Assembly: GCA_951406725.2 (NCBI GenBank)
Contig: OX597830.1
Location: forward strand, 46,562,001 to 46,626,000
Source of the DNA: Octopus vulgaris
Taxonomy: Eukaryota
Direction: 5' to 3'
DNA: 64,000 nucleotides
In this document: piece by piece, positions 25,145 through 38,146 of the stretch
Position numbering within the stretch: the first letter of the stretch is position 1
How the letters are laid out: each line of letters begins with the position of its first letter
Notes under the pieces: generated by a model
Told to the model about the DNA's origin: nothing
Seen by the model: only the letters and a program-made list of their open reading frames with translations
Database searches by the model: none
Program-made: the position numbers and the translations under genes

Positions 25145-28100
25145 GTGTGTGTGTGTGTATATATATATATGTATATGCCTTTCCCTTGGATAACATCAGT
25201 GATGGTGAAAGGGGAGGCTGGAATGCATGGGCAACTGCTGGTCTTCCACAAACAACCTTGCCCCGTCTTGTGCTTTGGACGGTAACTTTCTAGGTGCAAC
25301 CCCATGGTCATTCATGACCAAAAGGGGGTTTTGCCCCTCTTTACCCTGATATGTATATTTCATATATGTATGTGTATTTTTTGCAGATGTACCGTGACAT
25401 GACATTAGTCAGCAGGGATGGGATGGTGCTTGTCCAAGGTTTCCTTGGTAAAATCATTCATGACAAATGGCTAAAAATACTTCAACCGGTTAAAGTACAG
25501 GTAATTGCCTCCTCCTCTTCTCTTTTCTCTTTTCTTCTTCTTCTTCTTCTTCTCTTTTCTTTTCTTCTCTTTTCTTCTTCTTCTTCTTCTTCTTCTTCTT
25601 CTTCTTCTCTTTTCTTCTTCTTTTCTTCTTCTTCTTTTCTTCTTCTTCTTCTTCTTCTTCTTCTTCTTCTTCTCTTCTTCTTCTTCTTCTTCTTCTTCTT
25701 CTTCTTCTTCTTCTTCTTCTTCTTCTTCTTCTTCTTCTTCTTCTTCTTCTTCTTCTTCTTCTTCTTCTTCTTCTTCTTCTTCTTCTTCTTCTTCTTCTTC
25801 TTCTTCTTCTTCTTCTTCTTCTTCTTCTTCTTCTTCTTCTTCTTCTGCTGCTGCTGCTGCTGGATTAACTTCTTCTTTCGTTTCTGTCTGGTATTGGAAT
25901 AAATGAACGTAGGTTGGCAATGGTTGGGGTAGGTGGTGTGTCAGCTTCATATTAAGGGATGAGGGGATTACTGTAAGAGAGTTGGGGGGTGGAACGAGTT
26001 ACTGCAGAGGGATCTGCGTTGCTACTGGGAAAAGGAGCAGGGTGATGGTGGTGGGGAGACAAGCAGCAGGATTAGTAAAGATGATAAAGTTTCTGGGTTG
26101 GGTAGGGAGAGAGGACAAGGGGTAGGCATAATGCAGAAGGGGAGGGAGTTTCAGTGAATAGGGAACCCAGAATATAGCTCTTCCAGAACTCAGTTTTGCT
26201 TGGGAGTGCAAGTCTTTTTCACCAGAAATCCTGGCCCTTTGATATATAGATATGCAATCAGTTCTGGAGTTAGATGCTTCACTAATCCATTGAAGATAGT
26301 AAATTAGTAGGAATGTAGTGAGATGATTAAAAATAAAGAAATGATAAATGAAGGTACAATAATCTTGTGGGACTTCTTTATTTTGTAAAGTATTGTTGCA
26401 TAACCAGCCAATTCAGAAAGTATCCTTGGATTGTAGGGTGACATGCTGTACTTGATCAGACCAATTGAGTCAAGTACATCAACATCAAATGAAATAAAAT
26501 CACAATCGAATGGAAATTGTAGTTGTATTCCCTGTGCCAGTGGCACATAAAAAGCACCATCTGAACGTGGTCAATGCCAGTCCCCTCACCCTGACTGGCT
26601 TCTGTGCCTGTGGCACGTAAAAAGCACCAGCCAAATGCGGCCGATGCCAGCGCCACCTTGACTGGCTCCCATCCCAATGGCATGTAAAAAGCACCATCTG
26701 ATCGTGGTTGATGCTAGCCCGCTCTGGCCCCTGTGCCGGTGGCACTTAAAAAGCACCCACTACACTCTCGGAGTGGTTGGTATTAGGAAGGGCATCCAGC
26801 TGTAAAAACTTTGCCAGATCAGACTGCACCAGCCTGGTGCAGCCTCCTGGCTTTCTGGGTCCCAGTCGAACTGTCCAACCCATGCCAGCATGATGATGAT
26901 GATGATGATAATTAGCTTGTTTATTTTTTTTAATTATTTTATTTGTGTTGTTTATTATGATCTTTGCACAGATGTGGTTCCATAACAAATGAGGCTTATC
27001 CGAGGGGGATTGTTGTCAGTTGGAAACTATTATGATGATTTATTCCTTAACACTTGTTTGTTTATGACAATTGCATATTCTTTTGTTCTCAGATTTTATG
27101 GCTGATGAGGGAGTTTGTGAAGAATGCAGTTGTTGGATCTGATGGCACATGTTTCGCATTAATTCGGCAGATAGCTGGTCAGTTTTCTCTCATTTACCTT
27201 TAATTCTTATCATTCACTGCAACATTTACCTACACTGATTTTTTTTTTTTTAGTTTATTCTTTTCATTTTTATTCTTATAATTATTACTTTTTCATTAAC
27301 AGACCCCCCCCCCCCCCCCAAGAAAATATTTTGTTTTGCTAAAAGATTGTATTGCTGCATTTAAATATTTGTATTCTTATTTTTCTTTTCTTTTCTTTTT
27401 GCTCATTCACCTCTCAGTCTCTCTCTTATTATTCTTACTCTACTCATGTATTCTCTCTCTCTCTCTCTCTTAAACACTTCTTTCCCACTTTTTTTTTTCA
27501 TTTGAATCTCTGATTCTCTCTCTCTCTCCCTGTTATTTATTTGCTGTCTCTCACCCCCCCATCTCTCCCCTATTCATTACCCTGTCTTTTCCTAGCTTGA
27601 TGCCTCTTTATCTCTTTATCTCTCTCCCTCCCTTTCATTGTGTCTTTCTCTCTTATTAACTAGTTTATTCTCACAAGCTATCACTCCATTTTTCTTTCTT
27701 CTCTTCTCTCCCAATTTTAAATATTCTTTAATAACTGAATGGAAGACAACTTATTCAGTGCTTACGAATTCATATTCTGGTTCTGCCATCTGTTTATAGA
27801 ATGTCCCATATTTCCAGGATGGCATTGGTTGGAGGTGGTTCTGCATTTCTTTTACAGTTATCAGAGTTTTTACAACCTGATATCACTTTTTCCAATTTTC
27901 TGAAGACACAAGATGAAAAGGGTGTAGGGGCTAATATACTGCAGGATCTTCGGGTATAATTTATAGAAATAACAAAATTTGTTATTCTTAAGTTTGTTTA
28001 TTATTTTTCTTCTGTTTGTTTTAAGGTGGAGATGTTAGTCCAAAGAATTTGTGGCTTGCTGAACAAATGTTAGACTTACTCTCTGAAAACCGGTAAGAAT

Positions 28101-29714
28101 AAAATAATTTTGTTATCTTTGTTTTCTTTAATAGCGCTATGACCCTTTCTGCAACTTTCATTACATTTGGTCCAATAATTCGATGCCTCTGTAATTCTGT
28201 GTAAGGCATCTCCTTTACCTCTGTAACTGTTGACAACAGTGTTGTTACACCAGTCGTTGGGTATGACCCCCTTCCTGGACATCATCATCATCATCATCGT
28301 TTAACGTCCGTTCTCCATGCTAGCATGGTTTGGACGGTTCGACCGGGGATCTGGGAAGCCAGAAGGCTGCACCAGGCTCCAGTCTTATCTGGCAATGTTT
28401 CTACAGCTGGATGCCCTTCCTAACGCCAACCACTCCGTGAGTGTAGTGGGTGCTTTTTACGTGCCACCCGCACAGGTGCCAGGCGAGGCTGGCAATGGCC
28501 ACGGTCGGATTGGTGCAATTTACGTGCCACCGGCACGGAAGCCAGTCGGACAACCTTATTAATCACGTGAGTGACTTGGCTGTATCCCAGCCTGCTAGAT
28601 ATTTTAAGCATCAATAAAAATCCAATGAAAGTACCTAAATTTGTAAAACAGTTATTTGAAATTAACAATTAAAAATAGATTAAAAAAAGAGAAATGACGA
28701 AATTCTCAAGAATTTCTCAAATGCTTGAAAATGTTCATGTTGTTCTAATTGTTTGTAGAGCTTGGTTAGAGAGATTCCCCACTCTGATGGCTGCCAGTGT
28801 GTATACCTATCTTCGTATCATCATTGATCATGGTAATCCAGCTTATGCTAATCTCAGGAATCGAGAAGTGGAATTCTGCGTCAGTTTATTGCGTGATAAG
28901 GTAAAAACAAAACATTCAAAGGAATAAAAGAACCTCTTTTCTCTGTGTGTTTATATTTGTATGTGTAGACATGTGTGTGCATGTGTATATATATTTGTAG
29001 GTGTATTTATATATTTTACATGTTTTTAAATGGCATCGTAGTGATGAGGAGACTGGTTCGTGTTGGAGTAATTTTTTTTCTTGCATATGGATACCTTTCT
29101 GCTGTTCACTGCTCAGCTATGATTTAGGAACCTGTTGCAACTTTTTGCCAGAGATGTGGGAAACAAGCTTACAGTTTGTGTTGTTCAAATCCTGCTTAAA
29201 TTCTACCCAAGCCTTTTATCTTTCTTGTGGTCTGGACGGCTGTTTGATATAGCATGCAGGACAAGATGTTTGATCTAAACATTGTTCCCTCTAATTTTTA
29301 ATGGTCTGTGTACACAAAATACTACCATGTGTAAATTCTATCCAAAGTTTGTGCACTAAAGTCTTCGCTACCTGAAAATACTGCTTTCAAACACTGAGAA
29401 TATCCTTTTGTGACCAATTTTGTGTTTGTGATTCAATTCATTCAAAAAGTAATTAAGAATTTGTAAAGATTTGTTAAAATACCCAACTTCTTTATTATTA
29501 ATCTAGAGTTTGGAACATAAATTATTAAATAGTTTTGTCATAAAGCTTTCGTAGAATGTTGAAAACACCTGGACAAATTTCTTTAATATGATCACAGGAG
29601 GCTTTGGGTGGAATGGTATCTCAAGAGTTGAGATAATTTTTCGCATATATCTTATCGATAATAAGCAAATGTCTTCTTGATAGTTGGTAGTGCTTAACTC
29701 CAGCTGCATGGAAT

Positions 29715-29762
<48 letters not shown>

Positions 29763-32700
29763 TCTTCCTCCCAGTTAGAACATCTGTCAGTTGATGGTAA
29801 GATCATTTCAGGTGATCTGGTACCTATTCTTGGCAGCTAGGTAAATTGGGGTGAAATAGAATAAAATGTTCTGTCCAGAAATACAACAAGACATAGCTAG
29901 CAATAAATGTGAACTCCTGATCCATGAGAAGGTAGCTGAATACCTTATTCATTCAGTAATCTCACCTCCATGTGCTGCTGCTGCTGCTCTTGTTTAACCC
30001 AGAACAACTCTATGACCAAATGTGGGATTAGCCTATTTTTTATTTATACTTACTGTATCTAGTCTTAAATTCTCCAGCTTGTCCTTCCTCTTAAAGATGG
30101 TGGGGGTGTAATTTGAAAGAGCTAACCCTTATGCTTTTTCCTTGCATTCGATTTCACCCACAAGTTTAGATCAACCTGAGATTGTGATACAAAATAATTG
30201 CTCCAACATGTCATGCATAATTGTGAAGTGAATTTCTGAATTGCTTGACTATGTTTGACCCTTTGATATTCCCTGTCTGTTTCATTTCTTTGTTTTTCAG
30301 TTTATTGACTGTGTTAATATAATAGGACGTGATTTGGCCAGGGTGTTGCAGAATGTGGCCAGAATTCCTGAATTTGAAAAGTTGTGGCGTGATATAATGT
30401 ACAACCCAACTTCATTAAATCCCAATTTTACAGGTAAAAAAAAAATCTTTTTCTCCCATCCATTCTGACTTCTCTCTACCTGCTGCTGTATTGTAACTAA
30501 TAAAAGTTGTTGAACCAAGGATTGGATAGGGTGAGTGGGTAGGTAAGTTTGCAAAGGGGTGGGAGTGAGGTGGAGAGGAAACAATGTAGTGAGTCGACAG
30601 AAAAGAAAGGGTGGAAGTTGTTAGGGGGATATGTCGTGGGGAAAGAGATTCAAGAGGGACACATTGTGTGCAAGCAGGTTTGTGAGGGTGCAAAGGGAAG
30701 TAGGGGGAAAGGAAATGCAGTGAGTGATGAACTTAGGTAGTGGGGACAAGCAACTAGGCTCTATCTGGGGACGAGCGACTAGACTCTGTCTGGGGACGAG
30801 CGACTAGGCTCTGTCTGGGGATGAGCGACTAGGCTCTGTCTGGGGATGAGCGACTAGGCTCTGTCTGGGGACGAGCGACTAGGCTCTGTCTGGGGACGAG
30901 CGACTAGGCTCTATCCCACTCCGCCAGATATTTTAAGCATCTTCACTTTAATTCTTGATGGGCTTTCTCAGTTTTTATGTCCTTAATTGCTTTATCTTTC
31001 ATGATGCTGTCAACTTGGCTAGCTGGTCCCTTTGTGGGGTCCACATTAGGAAGACTCTCCTTTTCCCTTGCCTTCTTTGTATTTTGCTGTTCTTCATGGT
31101 GATACTTCCAAGCCTGTTTCTCTTTCCTTTTTTTCTTTCTAAACTAATTACAGTTAGAAAACATTCCCCGTTTTATATAAGGTCTTATTTCTTGTTTGAT
31201 GCATAAATTTATAGAACTTTATAAAATTGCTTTATTATGTTAAAAATTTTGATTGTCTAAGATTTAGTTCCATAGTTAAGTGTAATGCTTGAACAGATGT
31301 AGCAGACATAATAAAACTGTAGAAAATAATTCTGCTGCTGAAATAATATGTTTATGCAGTAGCAGCATGATAAAGTGACACAGGAAATGTGTCAAGTCCA
31401 ACAGGAAACGGTGTTTCCTAGGGCTAAATAACAGTAGCATTCTTCCCTTTCATGAGACTGTCACATTAAGTTGACGACACACTTTAATTCTGCCATTGTT
31501 ACACACATCTTCTTTGGTGGTTGAGTTTATTTTAAGTTTTATTTACCTCTCTTTCTTTGGCAGATGGTATTTCCAACAAAAAACAAAACAGACAACTTAT
31601 TTTACTTTAGATCTCTGTATGCCATTAATGTTTTTCTCTCTCCATGTTATGCCATTAATGTTTTTCTCTCTCCATGTTATAGGTATTGTACAGTTGTTGC
31701 AAGCTCGATCCTCCAGACGTTTGTTAATGAGTCGTCTCACTCCTGACATGGAAAACAAATTGATGTTTTTAACAACCAAGGTGATGTCTAGTTTTTCACA
31801 CGTCTTAAATTCTTTGTCTTCTAACAAACTATAGTTAATCACAAAACCTTTATAATTAAAGAGCGAATTGTTCCCTGAATGAATTCCCGTTGTCTACAAA
31901 CAATAGGATTGGATCTTCCAAGTCTTTGTGGTCCCCAGGTGTAAATAAACTCTTACAAGTGCAAGCATGGCTGAGTGAGGTGACCAAAGTTCCGTCGACC
32001 ACTAATGGGTTTGATTCTGACACATGGCATCATGGCTGTGTCTTTTACCTTTGTTTCAGGTTGAGCTCTCCTGCCTACCCTTGTGAGTGAAATCGGGGTA
32101 GATGGGAACTGGAAGCCTGTTAAATAGACTTTGTAATTCAAAGAGTCAGCTTTGTGATGCCCAGTGCCATGCTGTTTCTGCTCGAGAATTACATTAAGGA
32201 AGCACATCTCTGAAGAATTCATCTACTTACGCCGCAATACGATAAGTAAGTAGTTGGATTGATGGAATAACTGGGGTGCTCAGTGTTGAGACTAATAGAA
32301 GTTCCGTGACTATAAACTCTGTACAAGTCTGGTGACTGTGCAGACTGGATTGGTGAGGATAATTAAGTGACAAAGCTTAGTTTAGTTCAACAGACAAGAA
32401 GTATAGTCACATACGACGGTTGTTTATTACTTATTTTCATAATGCACAACACCACCATTGATAACATTCTTAAGAGTTAAAGCCCTCATATGAGAACCAG
32501 AGCACGATATTTAACTCCCCTCGATCCCATTCTGTCCTGTTCTTATCCTACTGCTAGCTCTTTGGAAAGACTGGTTTCTTAAAAACTTACCAGTGCAGCT
32601 CTTCCTGCAATAGACTGGTCAGTGTTGACCTTTGACCTTTTAGTACCTTGAAAACTAGATGATGCTTTAGTATATTGCAACACTTAACAGTGAGGCAGCA

Positions 32701-35700
32701 GATGAAAAAAAAAAGTTTCTTAATATTAACAAAGCTACTAATACTTGAGGAAAGGGGCAGTTGGTTGTCTTCTCTCTCTCTCTCTCTTTGCTGGGTTGGT
32801 GCTGATGTTACCAACTCCAAGAGGAGTGAAAAGCAAAGTAGACTTTGAATTCAGTTGAACACCAGAACACGGAAGGACAGAAATAATGAATGGTTAGAAA
32901 ATTACTATTTTAATATCTCACGAGAGATATTCAGTACTTTGGAGTAATGCTTGTTTGCCAACATAACATGGCAGTCCTGGTTTAGGACACAGATCGTGTC
33001 GTATAGCCAGCAACATTAGTCCTAAGCCAGGACTGCCATGTTATGTTGGCAAACAATCTTTACTATAATGAATGGTTTCTCTTTTAATGCAAAGCATTTT
33101 GTCCATCACATGTAATGGATGGGAAACAAAAGCATGCAATAAACCATTATCAACCAGATCTAAAAGGCTTGCCATATTTTATCATCATCATCATCATCAT
33201 CACTGTCAGGATAGTAGATTGGTAGAATTAATAGAGCATTGGACAAAATACCTTGTGGTGTTTAGCTGCAACCCTTTATGTTCTGATTTCTAAATCCTAC
33301 CCAGGTCAACTGTGACTTTCCTCCTTCTGGGACCAATGAAATAAAAGTACAACTGAAGTACTGGGGTTGATATTATCAACTGTTTCCTGTCACCCAAAAT
33401 TCTGTGTTAAAAGTCGTAAGCACTGTTAAGACATAAAACGAAAAAAGGTTGATTGTGCATTCAGTTGTGTTTCCACTTTCTGGCAATGATATTCTATTGC
33501 AAGTGGTGAGACAGGAGGTTCAGTTGTTGGGCCTCACAGGGAAGAGAGGACGAAGGACTGAGACTTGTGTTGGTTTACTGTGCTTGAGAAGACATATCTG
33601 AAGCTAAGCACAATGATGGTGGCCCATACATAGAGGCAGGTCCTTTTACGTCCCTCAGCCGAGAGATCCTGGGTTTGCAGGCTCATGAGTGCTGATGTCA
33701 CATTAGAGCACCTGCACTGGTGCCACATGGAATCACCCTTCCAGTGTCACATTAAAAGCACCCAGTACACTCTGTGGAGTGGTTGGTGTTAGGAAGGGCC
33801 TCCAGCCATAGAGACCATTCCAAAGCTGACAATATGGAGCTTGGGCAGCTGGCCGGCTCCTGTCAAACTGTCCAACCCATGCCAGCATGGAGAATGGATG
33901 TTAAATGATGATGTTGGTGATGATGATAGGTTTTCATAACATAAAACCAGAGCTGGTTTTTTGTTAATGACAAAATATGAAGACGACAATGCAGATAAAA
34001 GGTTTTGGCTGGCTTAACCTACTGAATGAATCATCATCATCATCATCATCATCATTGTTTAACGTCTGTTTTCCATGCTGGCATGGGTTTGACTGAAGAC
34101 TGGCAAGCCAGGAGGCTGCACCAGGCTCCAATCTGTTCTGGCAAGGTTTCTACAGTTGGATGCCCTTCCTAATGCCTGCCACTCCAAGAGTGTAGTGGGT
34201 GCTTTTTATGTGCCACTGGCACGGGAGCCAGTCACATGGCACTGACATTGACCATGCTTGAATGGTGCTTTTTATATACCACTGGCCATACTTGAATACT
34301 GCTTTTAACATGTCACTTGCATGGGAGCCATTTGACTCAACAGGTCTTCTCAAGCACAGCATATTACCCAACGATTGAAGGGTACTTTTAAACAGACTGG
34401 TTATGTGACACTAGCATCGACCACGGCTACGGAAAATATGTTTTTCAACTTTTCCTCTCTGTTCTGGGAATTTTTTACATTTAGCATTTATTTCTTGTTC
34501 TAGTCAAAAACCAGAACGGTTTTAGTATTTTGAGATATTGTTAATTTTATAAACATGTTTGAAGCATTTGGCTAACTTTATGATTATATTTCCAGTCATT
34601 TCTTTATTTAATTATCAAATCTAAACATTGGTTCTTTTTTGTCTTTAATTTCAGGTGAAATTTGGGCAACATAAACGTTATCAAGATTGGTTCCAAAGAC
34701 AGGTACTTTTAAATGGAATCTGTGCATGTTTATATGTATGTGTATGTGTGTGTGTGGCTGCCTGCCTAGCTAGTAGGGTGGTAGCATTTGAAAGCTGCAA
34801 CAATGCAAGGAAATGCCTTGTGAGCAGCAGTATATAACATCTGGTTGATAGAGTGATATATTTTATGTAAGTTCTTAGAATTGTCAGAAAATCTGTCAAG
34901 TGTTGACACAAAAAATACTCCTTTTGTTGTTGCCGTTGACAAAAATGGAAGACGTAAATTTATCAAAATGTTTTGTGAAATTCAGCTTGAGACAGTGTCA
35001 ATGGAATTATGACAAGACATGTGAGTGTTGTTGTGTGTCTTGGGTAGAGATGTGTCAAAGACTGTTACACTGCAAAACTCTTACATTCCATGTCACTACA
35101 AAGAAAACCTGCTGCGGAATTATTGGTGAATATAAATGATCTTTACATAAATCACGTGCATCCATTATTCCATTCTGTCCACAATTTAGTTTTGGACGAG
35201 TTAGATATGTGCTGCAGTTGAAATACGAAGAGTTTAATCTTTATGAGTGGTAGGCTTGGACTATCACCCAGTTTTATCTGGATCTGGTAGTGACTTTAGC
35301 AGGTTTCACTTTGATGCAAACATTTACCCCCCACCTGTTTTTCATGCAGTTATTTAGGCTGGGCATCAGTCGGCCACATCAACATCAGTCTGACCAGTTT
35401 GGTTTCCTTCAAAGACCAAACCTGCTCTTGTTTGAACCCCAATCGTAAAATAATAAAAGAATGCATTGTTTTGGTTAGAACCTGATATTCATTATAAGGT
35501 TCCGTTATTAAGTTTTCATTTTTACATATAATACTTATTGTGAAGGAATCATGGCCTAGTCGTTAGGGGTGTTGCACTGACAGTCATGAGAATGTGGGTT
35601 CAATTCGCAGACTGACTGCACATTGTGTTCTTCAGTAAAACATTTCATTTCATGTTGCAATGGATTAGACTTTGGACCTGGGGTAATATTCACTTGCTCA

Positions 35701-37867
35701 CTTGATCAAATGCTAAAGCAATGCAAAGTGCATTGTGACCAGTGATGTATAACAACATCCAACAATCTGGTCAGTCACTTGATATGTATTGAAGTTGAAA
35801 TATAAAAAGAAGAAATTAGTCTGTTTTTCTTTATTTTCTATTGTAATGGCTTTACTGTCTTCTCTTCTTGTAATGCTTTTGTGATAAAGTATTGACTATG
35901 TTCTAAATGAAGATACTGCTATAAGGAATTACCAGAGAATTATCAGTTCAACCACAGACGAGGCTTTTAGCAGTCTGGTATTTTGGGTTGAGTTATAGCA
36001 ATTGATGGCTGAATATTTCTTATTCTCCAAACAGACAATTCACAAATGATGGCATGGCATAAAATATGTCTATTATACAATCTATTAAAATATGAATTCA
36101 TATTATTAACAAAACAGTGATGTTAAGTTTCCTTGTTTTACACAACTTTTAATTTTATTTCTGTTTCTTTACAGTATCTTTCCACACCTGAAAGCCAGTC
36201 TCTACGCTGTGATTTGATACGATATATTTGTGCTGTGTTTCATCCGACTAATGAGCTCCTTTGTTCAGAGATTATACCTCGCTGGGCTGTGATTGGTTGG
36301 CTACTCACGACATGCACAGTAAGCTGCACTTATTATTATCAGTTGCTTTGTGTACTTTGAAATAGAAAACGTTCTCCTGTTAATTGATATATAACTCTTA
36401 ATGTTAGAAATCACTATAAAAATGCGGCCTTTTGCTAAGATTAAAGTGATGTGTGTATGTGGATATATATATATATATAAATGAACGCATGTGTCTGTGA
36501 TATATCTAATGTGCATGTGTATTTTTTTATGAATCTTGGACAATAACCTCAACTCAAGATTGAAGTCAACACAAACCATGGGAGGGAAATTGAGTTGATG
36601 AAAATTGCATGGAAACTCATCACATTGTCTCTGAAGACACCAGCTCAAGTTGCTGCACAAGGGATGGAATTGAACCCTGAAATATGTGGTTGCAAAGTGA
36701 ACCCTTTAACCACACCACCATACATATATAGATCTCATCATCATCATCATCATTTTAACAGCCACTTTTCCATACTTGCATGGGTCCAGTGTGGCCTTGC
36801 AGGTTACCAGTTTGTGTTGTCCAACCCATGCTAGCATGGAAATCAGACATTAAATGATGATGATGATGTTTTCAATGACCAGATGCCCTTCCTGTCACCA
36901 ACCCTTAGCTATTTCCAAACAAGGGAATATCCCCCCTCCGGCCCAGACAATGTTTTCCATAGAAAATGCGAAATAAACAACACCACTTGTGTGATGGTGA
37001 TGCTCATTTACATCTGTCACCTGATGTCTTAAAAAAATTGAGGTAATTCTTATAGAAGAAGGGTGTTCCATAACTCTTCTTGCTGTTAACTTTTCTTGGT
37101 GAATGTGTTGAAGAAGTTTATCCAAGAAATCTAAAGGTCACCATGTACAAATCTTTCCTTTTGTGTTATATATATACACACACGCGCACACACATTATTT
37201 ACATTATTTACATTTGACAAATATTTGTCCTCATTTTGTTTGTTGTTAACACAACGTTTCGGCTGATATACCTTCCAGCCTTCATCAGGTGTCTTGGGGA
37301 AATTTCGAACCTGGGTTCTCATTCCTAAGGTATTTTTCAATGTTGTTGTTGTTGCTATTATTATTATTATTATTATGCCCCGAGCATATGGCGTAGTTGT
37401 TAAGAGCGCGGGCTACTAAACCCAAGATTCCGAGTTCGATTCCAAGCAGTGACCTGAATGATGATGACAACAACAACATTGAAAAATACCTTAGGAATGA
37501 GAACCCAGGTTCGAAATTTTCCCCAAGACACCTGAAGAAGACTGGAGGGTATATCAGCTGCAACGTTGTGTTAACAACAAACAATTTGAGGACAAATATC
37601 TGTCAAATGTAAATAATGTACATAATTCCTCATCTCTTAAATATAGAATTGTATCATTTATATATATACATATTTATTTACGTGTTCTAGTTTTACTTTA
37701 AAAGATTTTTGCTAACGAGTTGGTCTCCAAATCAGACACAGCAGTATCCTTGGCATTTAGACAACATCAGTTAGGTTGTCATGTATGTATCACGAGTGTG
37801 TGTATGTATATGTACATACTAGAGGGTGAACTTCTGGAAAGTGGTTTCATGTATCTAAATGCATGTG

Positions 37868-37900
<33 letters not shown>

Positions 37901-38102
37901 CCTTGTGTTGACATTGTACACTGATTGTAAACAGTTTTAGCTTTTGCACACACTATGTCATGGCTGATCTGCCTAGGGATTATGTTAAGAGTATAACTGT
38001 GTGTGGAGTACTCAGCCACTTGCACAATAATTGAACAGATGAGAAGTTCAGTTGATTTAATAACTGGAATATCCATCATTAAAAGTGCTATTTACTATTT
38101 TG

Positions 38103-38146
<44 letters not shown>

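Noticed and set aside
25471-25950. Poly-E/K/F/S ORFs and other short ORFs in the track
   Set aside because: Translations of microsatellites, SINEs and LINE UTRs.
30741-30915. CRISPR-like regular repeat
   Set aside because: Contiguous units without unique spacers, in a eukaryotic intron.
32200-32285. CTGAAGA with flanking stems
   Set aside because: No GAAA core; matches a decayed SINE tail.
37382-37455. Functional tRNA gene
   Set aside because: Acceptor and T stems do not pair; treated as a SINE-type head.
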